Position numbers and translations under genes: made by a program. From Mycobacteriales bacterium (lineage in GTDB: Bacteria > Actinomycetota > Actinomycetes > DATLTS01), in assembly GCA_035533475.1 (NCBI GenBank), contig DATLTS010000046.1, forward strand, positions 2,229 to 66,228: a stretch of DNA of 64,000 nucleotides. Reading direction: 5' to 3'. Positions 22,203 through 32,499 of the stretch are shown piece by piece. Every line of letters begins with the position of its first letter. Position 1 is the stretch's first letter. The notes under the pieces were generated by a model. It was not told where the DNA came from, searched no databases, and saw only the letters and a list, made by a program, of their open reading frames with translations.

Positions 22203-23444
22203 TCAGGCCGGTCGGACCGCGCCGATGTAGTCCGAACGGAAGACGTTGTCGAACCGCACGTCGGCCCCGGTGAACGGCGCGTCGATCATCTGCCCGCTCC
22301 CCACGTAGATGCCGACATGGTGGATCGTCGAAGGGTCGGAGGTGTTGGTTGCGAAGAAGACGAGGTCGCCGGGGAGAAGCGCGGATTGGGCGACCCGCGT
22401 CCCTTCGGTCCACTGGTCGCCGGTGTAGTGCAGCAGTGCGATCCCGGCCTGCGCGTAGACGTACTGGGTGAGCCCGGAACAGTCGAAGGTGTCCGGTCCG
22501 GCCGCCCCCCACACGTAGGGCTTGCCGATCTCGGCGTATGCCCAGCGCACCGCGACGGCAGCGGCGCTGCCCGGCGGACCCGCAACGATGGGGATCGGCG
22601 TCGCGCCCTGGCTTGCCCGGGCGGACTCCAGCGCCAGCCGCGCCGCCTGGGCGGCGGCCGCGGCTGCCGCGGCGGCCCGGGCGGCCGCGAGCGCCGCGGC
22701 ACGACGGGCGGCCAGCGCGTGCGCCGAGGCGATCGCCTGGTGCAGCAGCATGGACAGCTGTCCCTGCTCGACCTGAAGGGCGCGCAACGCGCTCACCTGA
22801 GCACCTACCTGGGCGAGCGCGCGGCCCCGGGCCTGGTCGGCGGCCGCGGCAGCCGACCGGCGGGCCGCGAGAACCCGGGTGGTCTCCTCCGCCACCGCCC
22901 CCGCGTAGGTCCGGGCGGCGACCAGCTCGAGCACCGCCCGATTCTCGCCGGACGCGATCGCGTCAAGGGTTCGCAGCTGGGCGAGGAAGGTGGCGGGGCC
23001 GTTGGAGTCGATGACCGCGCCAAGAGCCGAGCCGGTCCCGATCGACATATAGGCGCTCGCGGCGTAGCGGTCGACTGCGGTCTGCGCATCCGCGAGTTGG
23101 ACGCCCGCGGCCGCGGCGACGGTCTCGGCGGCCACGGCTTGGGTGCTCGCCTGCGCGAGCCGGACCTGGGCCAGGTCGAACGATTCGATGGTGAGCTCGG
23201 CGGTGGTGTTCAGCACACCGAGCCGGCGCTGGGTGATCGCGATCTGCCTCTCCACCGCAGTGACCTCGGCCGCCCGGTGTCCGACCGCCGAGTTCGCGGC
23301 CGCGATCTGGCCGGGGGTCGGGGCCGGCGCAGAATCGGCCCCGGGCAGTCCAGCCCCGGCCGGGCCAGCCTCGGCCGGGCCAGCGGCCAACCCGGTGGCC
23401 AAGGCGAGCACGGCGACAAGCGACCCGAGCCGTTCTCCTCGCAC
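22203..23444 (-). CDS. Secreted NlpC/P60 peptidoglycan endopeptidase with N-terminal coiled-coil (RipA-like)
   Basis: Signal peptide followed by a long Ala/Gln-rich coiled coil. The C-terminal NlpC/P60 domain has the Cys-His catalytic pair (YVWGAAGPDTFDCSGL...HHVGIYVG). Confidence 0.85.
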   Translation of the reverse strand: MRGERLGSLVAVLALATGLAAGPAEAGPAGAGLPGADSAPAPTPGQIAAANSAVGHRAAEVTAVERQIAITQRRLGVLNTTAELTIESFDLAQVRLAQASTQAVAAETVAAAAGVQLADAQTAVDRYAASAYMSIGTGSALGAVIDSNGPATFLAQLRTLDAIASGENRAVLELVAARTYAGAVAEETTRVLAARRSAAAAADQARGRALAQVGAQVSALRALQVEQGQLSMLLHQAIASAHALAARRAAALAAARAAAAAAAAAQAARLALESARASQGATPIPIVAGPPGSAAAVAVRWAYAEIGKPYVWGAAGPDTFDCSGLTQYVYAQAGIALLHYTGDQWTEGTRVAQSALLPGDLVFFATNTSDPSTIHHVGIYVGSGQMIDAPFTGADVRFDNVFRSDYIGAVRPA

Positions 23445-23517
23445 TCCGCCCCCTCGACGGTCGGCAGCGTCGGTCCTACTGTAGTGACAGATGTGACGAA
23501 AGTGAACAGTTGTCCCG

Positions 23518-24729
23518 TCAGGGCGGCTCCAGGGCCGCGACCAGGTCCGCCACGATGTCCTCGGCGTCTTCGAGACCGACCGAGATCCGGACCGCGGCCG
23601 GGTCGATGCCCGCCCCGGCGAGAGCGGCGTCGTCGAGCTGACGGTGCGTGGTGGAGGCTACGTGGCTCACGACGGTGTGCGTTCCGCCGAGACTGGTGGC
23701 GTTGGTAGCCAGGCGGAGCCGATTGCAGAACGCCTGTCCAGCCTCCCGTCCCCCCACCGGCACGACGGTCACCACGCCGCCGAACAGGTTTTTCTCGAAC
23801 AGCTCCACGGCAAGCTGATGATCGACGTGGCTCGGCAGCCCGGGATAGTGAACGGCGGCGACCGCCGGGTGCCCGACCAGAGCGCGGGCCACCGACCCGG
23901 CGTTGGCGCAATGCCGCTCGACCCGCAGCGGCAGCGTCGCGAGCCCGCGGTGCAGCAGGAATGCCTCGTCCGGGGCCAGCGCGCCGCCGAGATCGATCCG
24001 GGTAGCCCGGATCGCCCGGACGAGATCCGGGTGGCCGATGACCGCACCGCCGGTCACGTCGCTATGCCCGCCGATGTATTTGGTGGCCGAATGCACGACG
24101 AGATCAGCGCCGTGGGCGAGTGGCCGGCAGACCACCGGAGTGGCGAACGTCGAGTCCACGACGAGCGGCACGGCGGCTTCATGGGCGACCGCGGCGAGCC
24201 CGGGCAGGTCGGCGACGGTCAGCATGGGATTGGCGATCGTCTCCGCCCACACCAACGCCGTCTCCGGACGCAACGCGGCCCGGGCACCCTCGACGTCGTC
24301 GACGAAGGTGGCCGCCACGCCAAACCGGGCGAGGACGTGGGCGAGCAGGCCATAGGTGCCGCCGTAGACCTGGCGTTGCACGACAACATGACTACCGGCG
24401 GAGCACAGGGCGATCAGCGTGCTAGAGATCGCCGCCATCCCGGAAGCGAACGGCTGACCGGCCGCCGCCTGGCCGTCGGCCACCGGCAGACCGCCAGCCT
24501 CCAGGGCCGTTAGTCCCGCGACGAACGCGTCGGCGGTCGGGTTGTCGATCCGGCTGTAGACGTAGCCGAGCGTCGGGTCGGCGAGCACGTCCGCGTAAGC
24601 CTCGGCGGTGTCGAAGCCGAAGACCGCGGTCCGGTAGACCGGCAGGCCGATCGGGGGCTGGGACGGTGGCGGCGGGACCGGCAGGTGGACGGCGCGGGTG
24701 TGCGTCCCCGGCTCGCTGGGCTCAGCCAC
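23518..24729 (-). CDS. PLP-dependent Cys/Met metabolism enzyme (cystathionine gamma-synthase/lyase family)
   Basis: YSRIDNPT and SATKYIGGHSDVTGG motifs (PLP-lysine), typical of the MetB/MetC/MetZ family. Confidence 0.85.
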   Translation of the reverse strand: MAEPSEPGTHTRAVHLPVPPPPSQPPIGLPVYRTAVFGFDTAEAYADVLADPTLGYVYSRIDNPTADAFVAGLTALEAGGLPVADGQAAAGQPFASGMAAISSTLIALCSAGSHVVVQRQVYGGTYGLLAHVLARFGVAATFVDDVEGARAALRPETALVWAETIANPMLTVADLPGLAAVAHEAAVPLVVDSTFATPVVCRPLAHGADLVVHSATKYIGGHSDVTGGAVIGHPDLVRAIRATRIDLGGALAPDEAFLLHRGLATLPLRVERHCANAGSVARALVGHPAVAAVHYPGLPSHVDHQLAVELFEKNLFGGVVTVVPVGGREAGQAFCNRLRLATNATSLGGTHTVVSHVASTTHRQLDDAALAGAGIDPAAVRISVGLEDAEDIVADLVAALEPP

Positions 24730-25733
24730 CGCGAGGGCGCTCCGACTTGGGGTCCCGCGACATCAGGCTCCGCACCATGTCTCCGACACCCATCCGCTCA
24801 TGAACGACGGCCGCCACATGTTCGGCGATCGGAACGTCGATGTCGTGCTTGTGAGCCAACTCGAGCACGGCATCGCAGGACTTGACCCCCTCGGCGGTCT
24901 CCTTCGTGATGGCCAGCACCTCGGCGACGGTCATGCCCTTGCCGAGGTTCTCACCGAAGGTTCGGTTCCGCGAGAGCGGTGAAGAGCAGGTCGCAACGAG
25001 ATCCCCGAGGCCGGCCAGCCCGGCGAAGGTGAGCGGGTCGCCGCCAAGTGCCTCCCCCAGCCGAGCCGTCTCGGCGAGCCCGCGGGTGATCAGCGATGCC
25101 CGGGCGTTGTCTCCGAAACCCAGACCGACCGCGATGCCCACCGCCACGGCCATGACGTTCTTCACCGCTCCCCCGAGCTCGCAGCCGACGACATCGGTGT
25201 TCGTGTACGGCCGGAAGTAGCCAGTGGCCATGGCGGACTGCAGGCGGACTGCCACGGCCTCGTCGGTGCAGGCGACGACACTGGCTGCGGGTTGCCGGCG
25301 GGCGATCTCCTTCGCCAGGTTCGGCCCGCTGACCACAGCCACCCGCTCCGCCGTGAGGTCCGCGACCTCGCAGATAACCTCGCTCATCCGCTTGGCGGTG
25401 CCGAGCTCGATGCCCTTCATCAGGCTGACCAACACGCTGTCCGGCGGCAACATCGTCAGCCAGCCGGTCAGGTTCCCGCGCAGGGTCTGGGACGGCATCG
25501 CGAGGACGACGAAGTCGGCACCCGCGAGGGCTTCGGCGGCCTCGGTGGTCGCCCGAAGCGCTGCCGGAAGCACGACCCCGGGCAAGTAGTCGATGTTCTC
25601 GTGCCGGGTGTTGAGCGCGTCGGCGAGCTCCGGGCGGCGCGCCCAGAGCACGGTCTCGGTGCCCGCGTCGGTTAGCACGGCCGCGAACGCGGTCCCCCAG
25701 GAACCGGCGCCGAGGACCGCCGCCCGCGTCACG
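24722..25733 (-). CDS. gpsA: NAD(P)H-dependent glycerol-3-phosphate dehydrogenase
   Basis: VTRAAVLGAGSWGTAFA Rossmann motif and the NTDVVGCELGGAVKNV family motif. GTG start inferred. The listed 468-aa ORF includes a spurious upstream extension into plsC. Confidence 0.85.
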
Positions 25734-26472
25734 CCGACCGCCGCCGCGCTGTGGTGGCTTCGACTCGGGTTCGAGTTCGCGGGTCGAACACCGACGCCGG
25801 CGGTTGCGCCCCCCGCAGTTCCGCTACCAGCGCGGTGACCGCGCCCATGATGGTTTCGGTCACGTCGCGCAACACCTCGACGGTCGGCTCGGCGCCGAGA
25901 TAGCCGGAGAGGTCGACCGGCGGGCCGGCGAGGACCTGCGAGGTCTTGCGGGGCAGCAGACGGAGCAACCTGGTGTACGGGCGCAGGATCTCCTGCGGAC
26001 CCCACTGGGCCACCGGGATGACCGGCGCCCCGGTCGCGAGGGCGAGCCGGGCCACCCCGGTCTTCGCGAGCATCGGCCAGCCCTGCGGGTCGCGCGTGAC
26101 CGTGCCCTCCGGGTAGATGGCCAGGCATTCCCCGCGACCCAGGGCGCCCAGCGCATCCCGGAGCGCGAGCGTGGCGTCCGCGGTGTAGCGGTAGACCGGG
26201 ATCTGCTCGGCGCCCCGGACCAGACGGCCGATGAGCGGCACCCGGAACAGCTCGGACTTCGCCAGGTACCGCGGCAATCGGCCGCTCTCGTAGAGGAAGT
26301 GCGCCAGGGTCAGCGGGTCGACATGCCCGACGTGGTTCGTCGCGATGATCACCTTGCCGGTCGGCGGGATGTTCTCCCGGCCGCGCCAGTCGCGCTTGAC
26401 GAATACGAGGAGCAGAGGCTTGACCACGCAGATGGCGAGGCGGTACCAGAAACCGATCTTGCCTCGGCGCAC
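25729..26472 (-). CDS. plsC: 1-acyl-sn-glycerol-3-phosphate acyltransferase (PlsC family)
   Basis: N-terminal transmembrane segment, NHVGHVDP (HxxxxD) catalytic motif and YPEGT motif. Confidence 0.85.
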   Translation of the reverse strand: MRRGKIGFWYRLAICVVKPLLLVFVKRDWRGRENIPPTGKVIIATNHVGHVDPLTLAHFLYESGRLPRYLAKSELFRVPLIGRLVRGAEQIPVYRYTADATLALRDALGALGRGECLAIYPEGTVTRDPQGWPMLAKTGVARLALATGAPVIPVAQWGPQEILRPYTRLLRLLPRKTSQVLAGPPVDLSGYLGAEPTVEVLRDVTETIMGAVTALVAELRGAQPPASVFDPRTRTRVEATTARRRSA

Positions 26473-26612
26473 CGAACCGACCTCCTCATCCGTCCACGAC
26501 CGTCAGAGTTCGCGCCACCGGCCGCCTCGCCTGCCGCGAGTCTGTCTCGACGGCCGCCGACTGTCGAGCGATCAACGCGACCCCGGCGTGGGCCACCCTG
26601 CGATTATTCCAA

Positions 26613-27249
26613 CGTGACGTCAGCGGCACTCCTCTGGTCGGTCGTTCTGCCGGTCAAGCGACTCGAGATCGCGAAGACCCGGCTGGCGACACCGGAACGG
26701 GCTGCGCTCGCCCTGGCGATGGCGCTCGACACGGCGGCCGCGGCCCTCGCCGGTCGCCGGGTCGCGTGCGTGGTGGCCGTGTGCGACGACCCGACCGCCG
26801 CCGCCGAGCTCCGGTCGCTCGGGGTCCAGGTCGTGCCAGACCTCCCGGATGCCGGGCTCAACCCGGCGCTGCGCCACGGGGTGGCCGCGGCCCTGGCCGA
26901 TCTCGGGTCGGGGGTAGCCGCCGTCTCCGCCGACCTGCCGGCACTGCGCCCGGCCGAACTTGACCTCGCGCTAGACGCCGCCGCCGGCCACGAGCAGGCT
27001 GTCGTCCCGGACGTCGGCGGGCTCGGCACCACGATGTACGCGGTCCGGGATCAGCGTCATTTCCGCCCGGAGTTCGGGACCGACTCGCTCGCTCGCCACC
27101 TGCGCGGCGGAGCCATGCCGATCATCCTCGACGGCATCGACGGCCTGCGCCGCGACGTCGACACGTTGGTCGACCTCGCAGCGGCCGATGCCCTCGGGTT
27201 GGGTGCGCACACGTCAGCGGTGCTTGCCCGGTCCGCGGCCGGCCGGTGA
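26613..27249 (+). CDS. cofC: 2-phospho-L-lactate guanylyltransferase (CofC/FbiD), F420 biosynthesis
   Basis: WSVVLPVKRLEIAKTRL... is CofC-like. Position next to gpsA matches the mycobacterial fbiD locus. GTG start inferred. Confidence 0.8.
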
Positions 27250-27257
27250 GAAGCATG

Positions 27258-27443
27258 CAGGCAACCGTGCACTCTTTCGAACCGGGCGGCAGCGGCACCG
27301 TTGTCACCGACGACGGCCGCGAGCTGGCATTTGGAGCGGATGCGTTCGCTCGCTCCGGCCTGCGCCTGCTCAGACCAGGCCAACGCGTCCGGCTCGAGAC
27401 CAGCGACGGGCGAATAACCCTGGTCACGATCTCCACGATGTGA
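27258..27443 (+). CDS. Hypothetical small protein (~61 aa)
   Basis: The ORF abuts cofC and is followed directly by a strong hairpin. It is beta-strand-like (TVHSFEPGGSGTVVTDDGRELAFGADAF) with no recognisable family. Confidence 0.35.
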   Translation, partial: QATVHSFEPGGSGTVVTDDGRELAFGADAFARSGLRLLRPGQRVRLETSDGRITLVTISTM

Positions 27444-27487
27444 AGGAGGGGAAGCCCCGTTAAACCCGGGCCTTCCCCTCCTTCACG
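27439..27487. terminator. Bidirectional intrinsic-terminator-like hairpin between convergent genes
   Basis: Perfect 15-bp inverted repeat gtgaaggaggggaag / cttcccctccttcac with a ~17-nt loop. It lies between the small + ORF and the hupB 3' end. Confidence 0.6.
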
Positions 27488-27504
27488 ATCGCGCCTGGCG
27501 CCGC

Positions 27505-28032
27505 CTAACGCCGCCGCGCGGGCGCCTTCTTCGCGGGGGCCTTCTTCGCGGGCGCCTTCTTCGCGGCCGCCTTCGCGGGGGCCTTCTTCACGACCGCCTT
27601 CTTCGCGGCCGCCTTTGCGGGGGCCTTCTTCGCCGCCGGCCGGCCGGCGGCTCCCCTGGCCGCGCTACTCGCCTTAGCCGCAGTGCGCTTGGCGGGGGCC
27701 GCCGCCTTCGTCGCCGTGGACTTCGCCGCCAAGGTGGTGGCCGCGGCGAGCTTCACCGCCCCGTTGACGACGCCCTTGAACTGGCTGCCGGGCCGGAACT
27801 TCGGCACCGAGCTCTTCTTCACCCGGACTGCCTGGCCGGTCTGCGGGTTGCGTCCCATCCGGGCCGGTCGCTCGATCTTCTCGAACACCCCGAAACCCGT
27901 GATGGCCACTTTCTCGCCCTTGGCAACCGCTCGGGTCACCGTATCGATCACTGCTTCCACGGCATTGTTCGCCGTTCTCTTGTCCACACCGATTCGATCG
28001 GCGATGGCATCGATCAGCTCCGCCTTGTTCAC
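27505..28032 (-). CDS. hupB: Histone-like DNA-binding protein HU with C-terminal Lys/Ala-rich tail (HupB/MDP1-like)
   Basis: [32 protein letters not shown]...[22 protein letters not shown] is an HU fold. It is followed by ~90 aa of [13 protein letters not shown] repeats. GTG start at 28032. Confidence 0.9.
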   Translation of the reverse strand: MNKAELIDAIADRIGVDKRTANNAVEAVIDTVTRAVAKGEKVAITGFGVFEKIERPARMGRNPQTGQAVRVKKSSVPKFRPGSQFKGVVNGAVKLAAATTLAAKSTATKAAAPAKRTAAKASSAARGAAGRPAAKKAPAKAAAKKAVVKKAPAKAAAKKAPAKKAPAKKAPARRR

Positions 28033-28151
28033 GTAGACCCTCCGATTAGTGCCGAGACCCGCGCTCGACTTTCGACGGAACGTAGCGGCGAATGGGGTGC
28101 ACTGACAACGACCGGGCGGCGTTTTTCTTTGTGTCGAGGATGTTTTTCTTT

Positions 28152-28778
28152 TCAGCCGGCCGACGGTGACCCGGATTTGCGGCCCGGACGGGCGAAAGTC
28201 GTTGGAAACCAAGGGGGCCGCCGGACCTCGAAAAGTGCGATGTCCTCGACGTGTCGAAGGGTCAGTTCGATGTCGTCGAGGCCTTCCATCAGTCTCCAGC
28301 GGGTGTCGTCGTCAATTTCGAAGCCGGCCACGAGATCACCGAGGCGGACCTGTCGGGTGGCGAGGTCGATGACGATTTCGGTCGTGGGCTCGCGGTCGAC
28401 CCGATCCATCAGCACGTCGACGACCGTCCCGGGAAGGACGACGGGTAGCAAGCCGTTCTTCAATGCATTCCCGCGAAAGATGTCGGCGAAGCGCTCGGCG
28501 ATGACCGCTCGGAATCCGTAGTCCTGCAGGGCCCAGATCGCATGCTCCCGCGAGGAGCCGGTGCCGAAGTCGGCACCAGCTAGCAGGATCGACGCGCCCG
28601 CGTGTCGGGGGTCGTCGAGCACGAAGCCCGGCTCGCTGCGCCACGTGGCGAACAGGCCGTCGGCGAAGCCGGACCGAGTGACCCGCTTCAGGTAATCGCT
28701 CGGGATGATCTGGTCGGTATCGACGTTGCTGCGACGCAGCGCGACGGCTCGGCCGGCGTGCGCGGTGAATGGCTGCAT
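28152..28778 (-). CDS. leuD: 3-isopropylmalate dehydratase small subunit
   Basis: [12 protein letters not shown] and [16 protein letters not shown] motifs. Lies directly downstream of leuC. Confidence 0.9.
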   Translation of the reverse strand: MQPFTAHAGRAVALRRSNVDTDQIIPSDYLKRVTRSGFADGLFATWRSEPGFVLDDPRHAGASILLAGADFGTGSSREHAIWALQDYGFRAVIAERFADIFRGNALKNGLLPVVLPGTVVDVLMDRVDREPTTEIVIDLATRQVRLGDLVAGFEIDDDTRWRLMEGLDDIELTLRHVEDIALFEVRRPPWFPTTFARPGRKSGSPSAG

Positions 28779-28791
28779 GGGGAGGCTCCGG

Positions 28792-30201
28792 TCAGAGGTC
28801 TGCCGGCGCCGTGAGGCGGCCGGTGATGGCAGTGGCCGCGGCTACCTGCGGCGACACGAGATGCGTTCGCGCGCCGCGGCCCTGCCGGCCTTCGAAGTTG
28901 CGGTTGGACGTCGACGCGGAACGCTCACCCGGCGCGAGGGTGTCCGGGTTCATCCCGAGGCACAACGAGCAGCCGGCACCACGCCATTCGGCACCGGCAG
29001 CGAGAAACACTTCGTTCAGGCCCTCGGCCTCTGCCGCGATCCGCACCGCGGTGGATCCCGGCACGACCAGCACGCGCAAGCCATCGGCGACCCGCCGACC
29101 GGCGAGGACCTCGGCGGCGGCCCGCAGATCCTCCAGCCGGCCGTTGGTGCAGGATCCGATGAACACCGTGTCGACGACGACGTCGCGCAGCCGGGTGCCG
29201 GGCGCTAGCGCCATGTATGCCAGCGCGCGTTCGGCCGCGGCCCGCTCGGCCGGATCGGCGAAGCTCGCCGGATCCGGCACCGTGGCGTCGAGCGGGACGC
29301 CCTGGCCCGGATTCGTCCCCCAGGTGACGAAAGGCGCGAATCCGGCTGCGTCGAAGCTCACCTCACGGTCGAAGACGGCATCCGGATCGGTCGCCAGGGA
29401 TTGCCAATGCTCGACGGCGGTGTCCCAGTCGTCGGCCGCCGGCGCATGCCGGCGGCCGCGCAGGTAGCCGAACGTGGTGGCGTCCGGAGCGATGATGCCG
29501 GCACGAGCGCCAGCCTCGATCGACATGTTGCAGACTGTCATCCGACCTTCCATGGTCAGGCCCCGGATCGCCGCCCCCCGGTACTCGATGGCGTGGCCCT
29601 GCCCACCCCCGGTTCCGATCCGGGCGATGATCCCGAGGATGAGGTCCTTCGCGGTGACCCCGTCCGGAAGGTCGCCGTCGAGGTTCACCGCCATCGTTTT
29701 GGGCCGCACGGCCGCCAGGGTCTGGGTGGCGAGCACGTGCTCGACTTCGCTGGTGCCGATCCCGAAAGCAAGGGCACCGAAGGCGCCGTGCGTCGACGTG
29801 TGGCTGTCCCCGCAGACGACGGTGAGCCCCGGTTGGGTCAACCCCAGCTGCGGTCCGATCACGTGCACGATGCCCTGTTCGGGATCGCCCATGGAATGCA
29901 ACGGAACGCCGAACTCGGCGCAGTTGCGGCGCAGCGTCTCCAACTGGATGCGCGATACCGGATCGGCGATCGGCGCGTCGAGGTCGGTGGTCGGAACGTT
30001 GTGGTCCTCGGTCGCGATCGTGAGGTCGGGCCGGCGCACCACCCGGCCGGCGAGCCGAAGCCCATCGAATGCCTGTGGCGAGGTCACCTCGTGGACGAGG
30101 TGCAAGTCGATGTAGAGCAGGTCCGGCTGACCTTCCGCCCGGTGAACCACATGCGCGTCCCAGAGCTTCGCTGCGAGCGTCTGCCCCATCGGTCTCTCCA
30201 C
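28792..30201 (-). CDS. leuC: 3-isopropylmalate dehydratase large subunit
   Basis: Aconitase-family motifs [33 protein letters not shown] and GSCTNGR. Confidence 0.9.
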   Translation of the reverse strand: MERPMGQTLAAKLWDAHVVHRAEGQPDLLYIDLHLVHEVTSPQAFDGLRLAGRVVRRPDLTIATEDHNVPTTDLDAPIADPVSRIQLETLRRNCAEFGVPLHSMGDPEQGIVHVIGPQLGLTQPGLTVVCGDSHTSTHGAFGALAFGIGTSEVEHVLATQTLAAVRPKTMAVNLDGDLPDGVTAKDLILGIIARIGTGGGQGHAIEYRGAAIRGLTMEGRMTVCNMSIEAGARAGIIAPDATTFGYLRGRRHAPAADDWDTAVEHWQSLATDPDAVFDREVSFDAAGFAPFVTWGTNPGQGVPLDATVPDPASFADPAERAAAERALAYMALAPGTRLRDVVVDTVFIGSCTNGRLEDLRAAAEVLAGRRVADGLRVLVVPGSTAVRIAAEAEGLNEVFLAAGAEWRGAGCSLCLGMNPDTLAPGERSASTSNRNFEGRQGRGARTHLVSPQVAAATAITGRLTAPADL

Positions 30202-30254
30202 CTACCCTCTGGCTGCCTCTTGTGTCTCGCGGGCCGAGACGAGAGTATCGGAAC

Positions 30255-31109
30255 ATGGACAACTCTAGCGGAGTCGGCGTAATAGACAAGGCGGTTCGAA
30301 TCCTGGACAGCCTTGCCGTGGGCCCGGCCAGTCTTGCCGCGTTGGTCGAACGCACCGGCCTGGCCAGACCCACCGCCTACCGGATTGCCGTCGCCCTGGA
30401 GAGCCATCGGATGGTCGCGAGAGACGCCGGGGGGCGTTTTGCCCTGGGCCGGCGCCTCGCGGAGCTGTCTGGGGCCGCGACCGTGGACCCGCTGCTCGCA
30501 GCCGCCGCCTTTGTGCTGCCCCGGCTGCGGGACGCCACCGGCGAGAGCGCCCAGCTCTACGGTCGGCGCGACGACGTCCGGGTCTGCCTCGCGGCGGCGG
30601 AACGGGCCGCTGGCCTACGAGACACCGTCCCGGTGGGCGCTGCACTCCCGATGAGCGCGGGCTCGGCCGCACAGGTCCTGTTGGCCTGGGAACCGCCGGC
30701 TGAGGTAACCCGGCTGATCGAGGGCGCCCGGTTCAGTGCCGCCGCCCTCTCCGCCGTGCGGCGCCGGGGCTGGGCAGCCAGCGTGGCCGAGCGTGAGGCA
30801 GGGGTCGCGTCGGTGTCGGCGCCGGTGCGGGCCGCGGACGGGCGAGTTGTCGCGGCCGTCTCGGTGTCCGGCCCGATCGACCGGCTGACCCGGACCCCTG
30901 GCCGGCGACATGCCGGCGCAGTCGTCGCTGCGGGAGCCGAACTCAGCGCAAGCCTCGGCGCCGGAGCCGCTCCCGGGGCCAAGCCGCCCGCCGGGGCCAG
31001 GCCGCCCGCCGGGGCCATGCCGCTCCCGGGGGCAGGCCGCAGGAGGGCCGCTACCCCCGCTAGGGGTCAGTCGGGCACCCCCGCGCCAAGCAGCGGCCCG
31101 CTCGTTTGA
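30255..31109 (+). CDS. IclR-family transcriptional regulator (LtbR-like, divergent from leuCD)
   Basis: wHTH IGVIDKAVRILDSLAVGPASLAALVERTGLARPTAYRIAVAL plus an IclR effector domain. The C-terminus carries PAGA(K/R)PP tandem repeats. Confidence 0.85.
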   Translation: MDNSSGVGVIDKAVRILDSLAVGPASLAALVERTGLARPTAYRIAVALESHRMVARDAGGRFALGRRLAELSGAATVDPLLAAAAFVLPRLRDATGESAQLYGRRDDVRVCLAAAERAAGLRDTVPVGAALPMSAGSAAQVLLAWEPPAEVTRLIEGARFSAAALSAVRRRGWAASVAEREAGVASVSAPVRAADGRVVAAVSVSGPIDRLTRTPGRRHAGAVVAAGAELSASLGAGAAPGAKPPAGARPPAGAMPLPGAGRRRAATPARGQSGTPAPSSGPLV

Positions 31110-32458
31110 CGAAACAGCACCACGTCGACCCGGTTACCGTTGCTGCCGGTCGCCGGGCCGTCACTGGACACCGCCGAAAACCCGCGCCCGTCAGGCCCGA
31201 CGGCGGTCCAGATGTAATCGAGCAGGTTGCGATTGTTTCCGAACCCTGGGACGCCGCAGAGGATCCCTGACATGCAAATGTCGAGCAGGTGCACCGGCAA
31301 CGGGAGGGGCCGCACCACCGCGACGACCGGGTGCGCCGAGTCGGCGTGGACGACGTAACCGGCTTCGGCGCTCCACGGCTGGGCGGTGTTCGGACCACTC
31401 GCGGGCCCGTGCAGATAAACCAGACCGAGGGTGCCGCGCACCGAGGTGGCCGCGATGGCTGCGTACACGTTGTTGCCGCCGGCGAGCCCGAGATCGGCCG
31501 GCCGGGACCAGTGCAGCGCGTGATCCGTGGACACCCAGAGCCAGGCGGACTGGTGGCCCGCGTGCAGACCATTGCCCAGCACGTACAGAGTGCCGTTCGG
31601 GGCGACGGTCAGCCAGTTGAAGCCGTCGATGAATCCGTCACCGGACCCCCCGACGTAGACCGGGTGGCTGACGAAGTGGCCGCCGGCCAGGCCCGGCGCG
31701 AGCACCGCCACGTACAACCGATCAGGGACCCCGACCGGATTGGCCGCGCTATAGGTTTCCGGACCGTCGATACCGTAGAGCACGTAGAGCTGACCGGTGC
31801 GCGGATCGGTAGCGACGTGGTCGACGTAGGCGTTCTGATTGGTCACGAGCGCCTCGACCGGGGTGGGGGACGTGCCGCCCGCCTCGGCAGGTACCACTCC
31901 GTCGCCGTAAATCGGCACCGGCACCGGGCCGAAGCTCTGCCCGCCGTCGTGACTGGTGTAAAGGTACGGGATGCCGTCGAAACCCTTGGTTACGACGTAT
32001 ACGAGCCTGCTCCCGAAGGTGGTCAGCCAAGGACGGTCGTAGACGTCCTCACTGATTACCGCATCGGTCCAGTGCAGACCACCGTCGGTGGATCGGTGAA
32101 TGTAGATCCCCGTACCGAGAGATAGATCGACCGCGATCACGGTGTGGTCGTCGAGCCAGCGCATGTCCCAATCCCCGCCACCCACGTGCTGGAAGTACGG
32201 CCTGATGTTGACGAAGTGCCGGCCGCCGTCGATCGAGCGGAACAGGTCGGCCGGCTGGTTGGGCCCGCCCCCGCCCAGCCCGTCGACGAGCACGATCCGT
32301 CCGTTCGGGCTGACCGAGACATTCGGCTCTCCGCCTGCACCGCGGAACACCGTCACGGCGAATCGCGGCGGGCCGGGCCGCCCGGCGGACGCCGCGGTGG
32401 CGAGCGGGGCGGCCAGAAGGGCGACCGTGGCGAGGGCGGCGAGCAGACGACGGTTCAT
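31067..32458 (-). CDS. Secreted BNR/Asp-box repeat protein (sialidase/glycosyl-hydrolase-like beta-propeller)
   Basis: Signal peptide MNRRLLAALATVALLAAPLATAASA followed by multiple Asp-box motifs (SIDGGRHF, STDGGLHW, SHDGGQSF, STDHALHW). Confidence 0.7.
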   Translation of the reverse strand: MNRRLLAALATVALLAAPLATAASAGRPGPPRFAVTVFRGAGGEPNVSVSPNGRIVLVDGLGGGGPNQPADLFRSIDGGRHFVNIRPYFQHVGGGDWDMRWLDDHTVIAVDLSLGTGIYIHRSTDGGLHWTDAVISEDVYDRPWLTTFGSRLVYVVTKGFDGIPYLYTSHDGGQSFGPVPVPIYGDGVVPAEAGGTSPTPVEALVTNQNAYVDHVATDPRTGQLYVLYGIDGPETYSAANPVGVPDRLYVAVLAPGLAGGHFVSHPVYVGGSGDGFIDGFNWLTVAPNGTLYVLGNGLHAGHQSAWLWVSTDHALHWSRPADLGLAGGNNVYAAIAATSVRGTLGLVYLHGPASGPNTAQPWSAEAGYVVHADSAHPVVAVVRPLPLPVHLLDICMSGILCGVPGFGNNRNLLDYIWTAVGPDGRGFSAVSSDGPATGSNGNRVDVVLFRQTSGPLLGAGVPD

Positions 32459-32499
32459 GAACCGAACAGTTCGCTGCCCAGGCGCCGGTTCCTGCCCTG

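Noticed and set aside
22317-23708. 463-aa plus-strand ORF across the NlpC/P60 and PLP-enzyme genes
   Set aside because: Spans two real minus-strand genes; the translation is low complexity.
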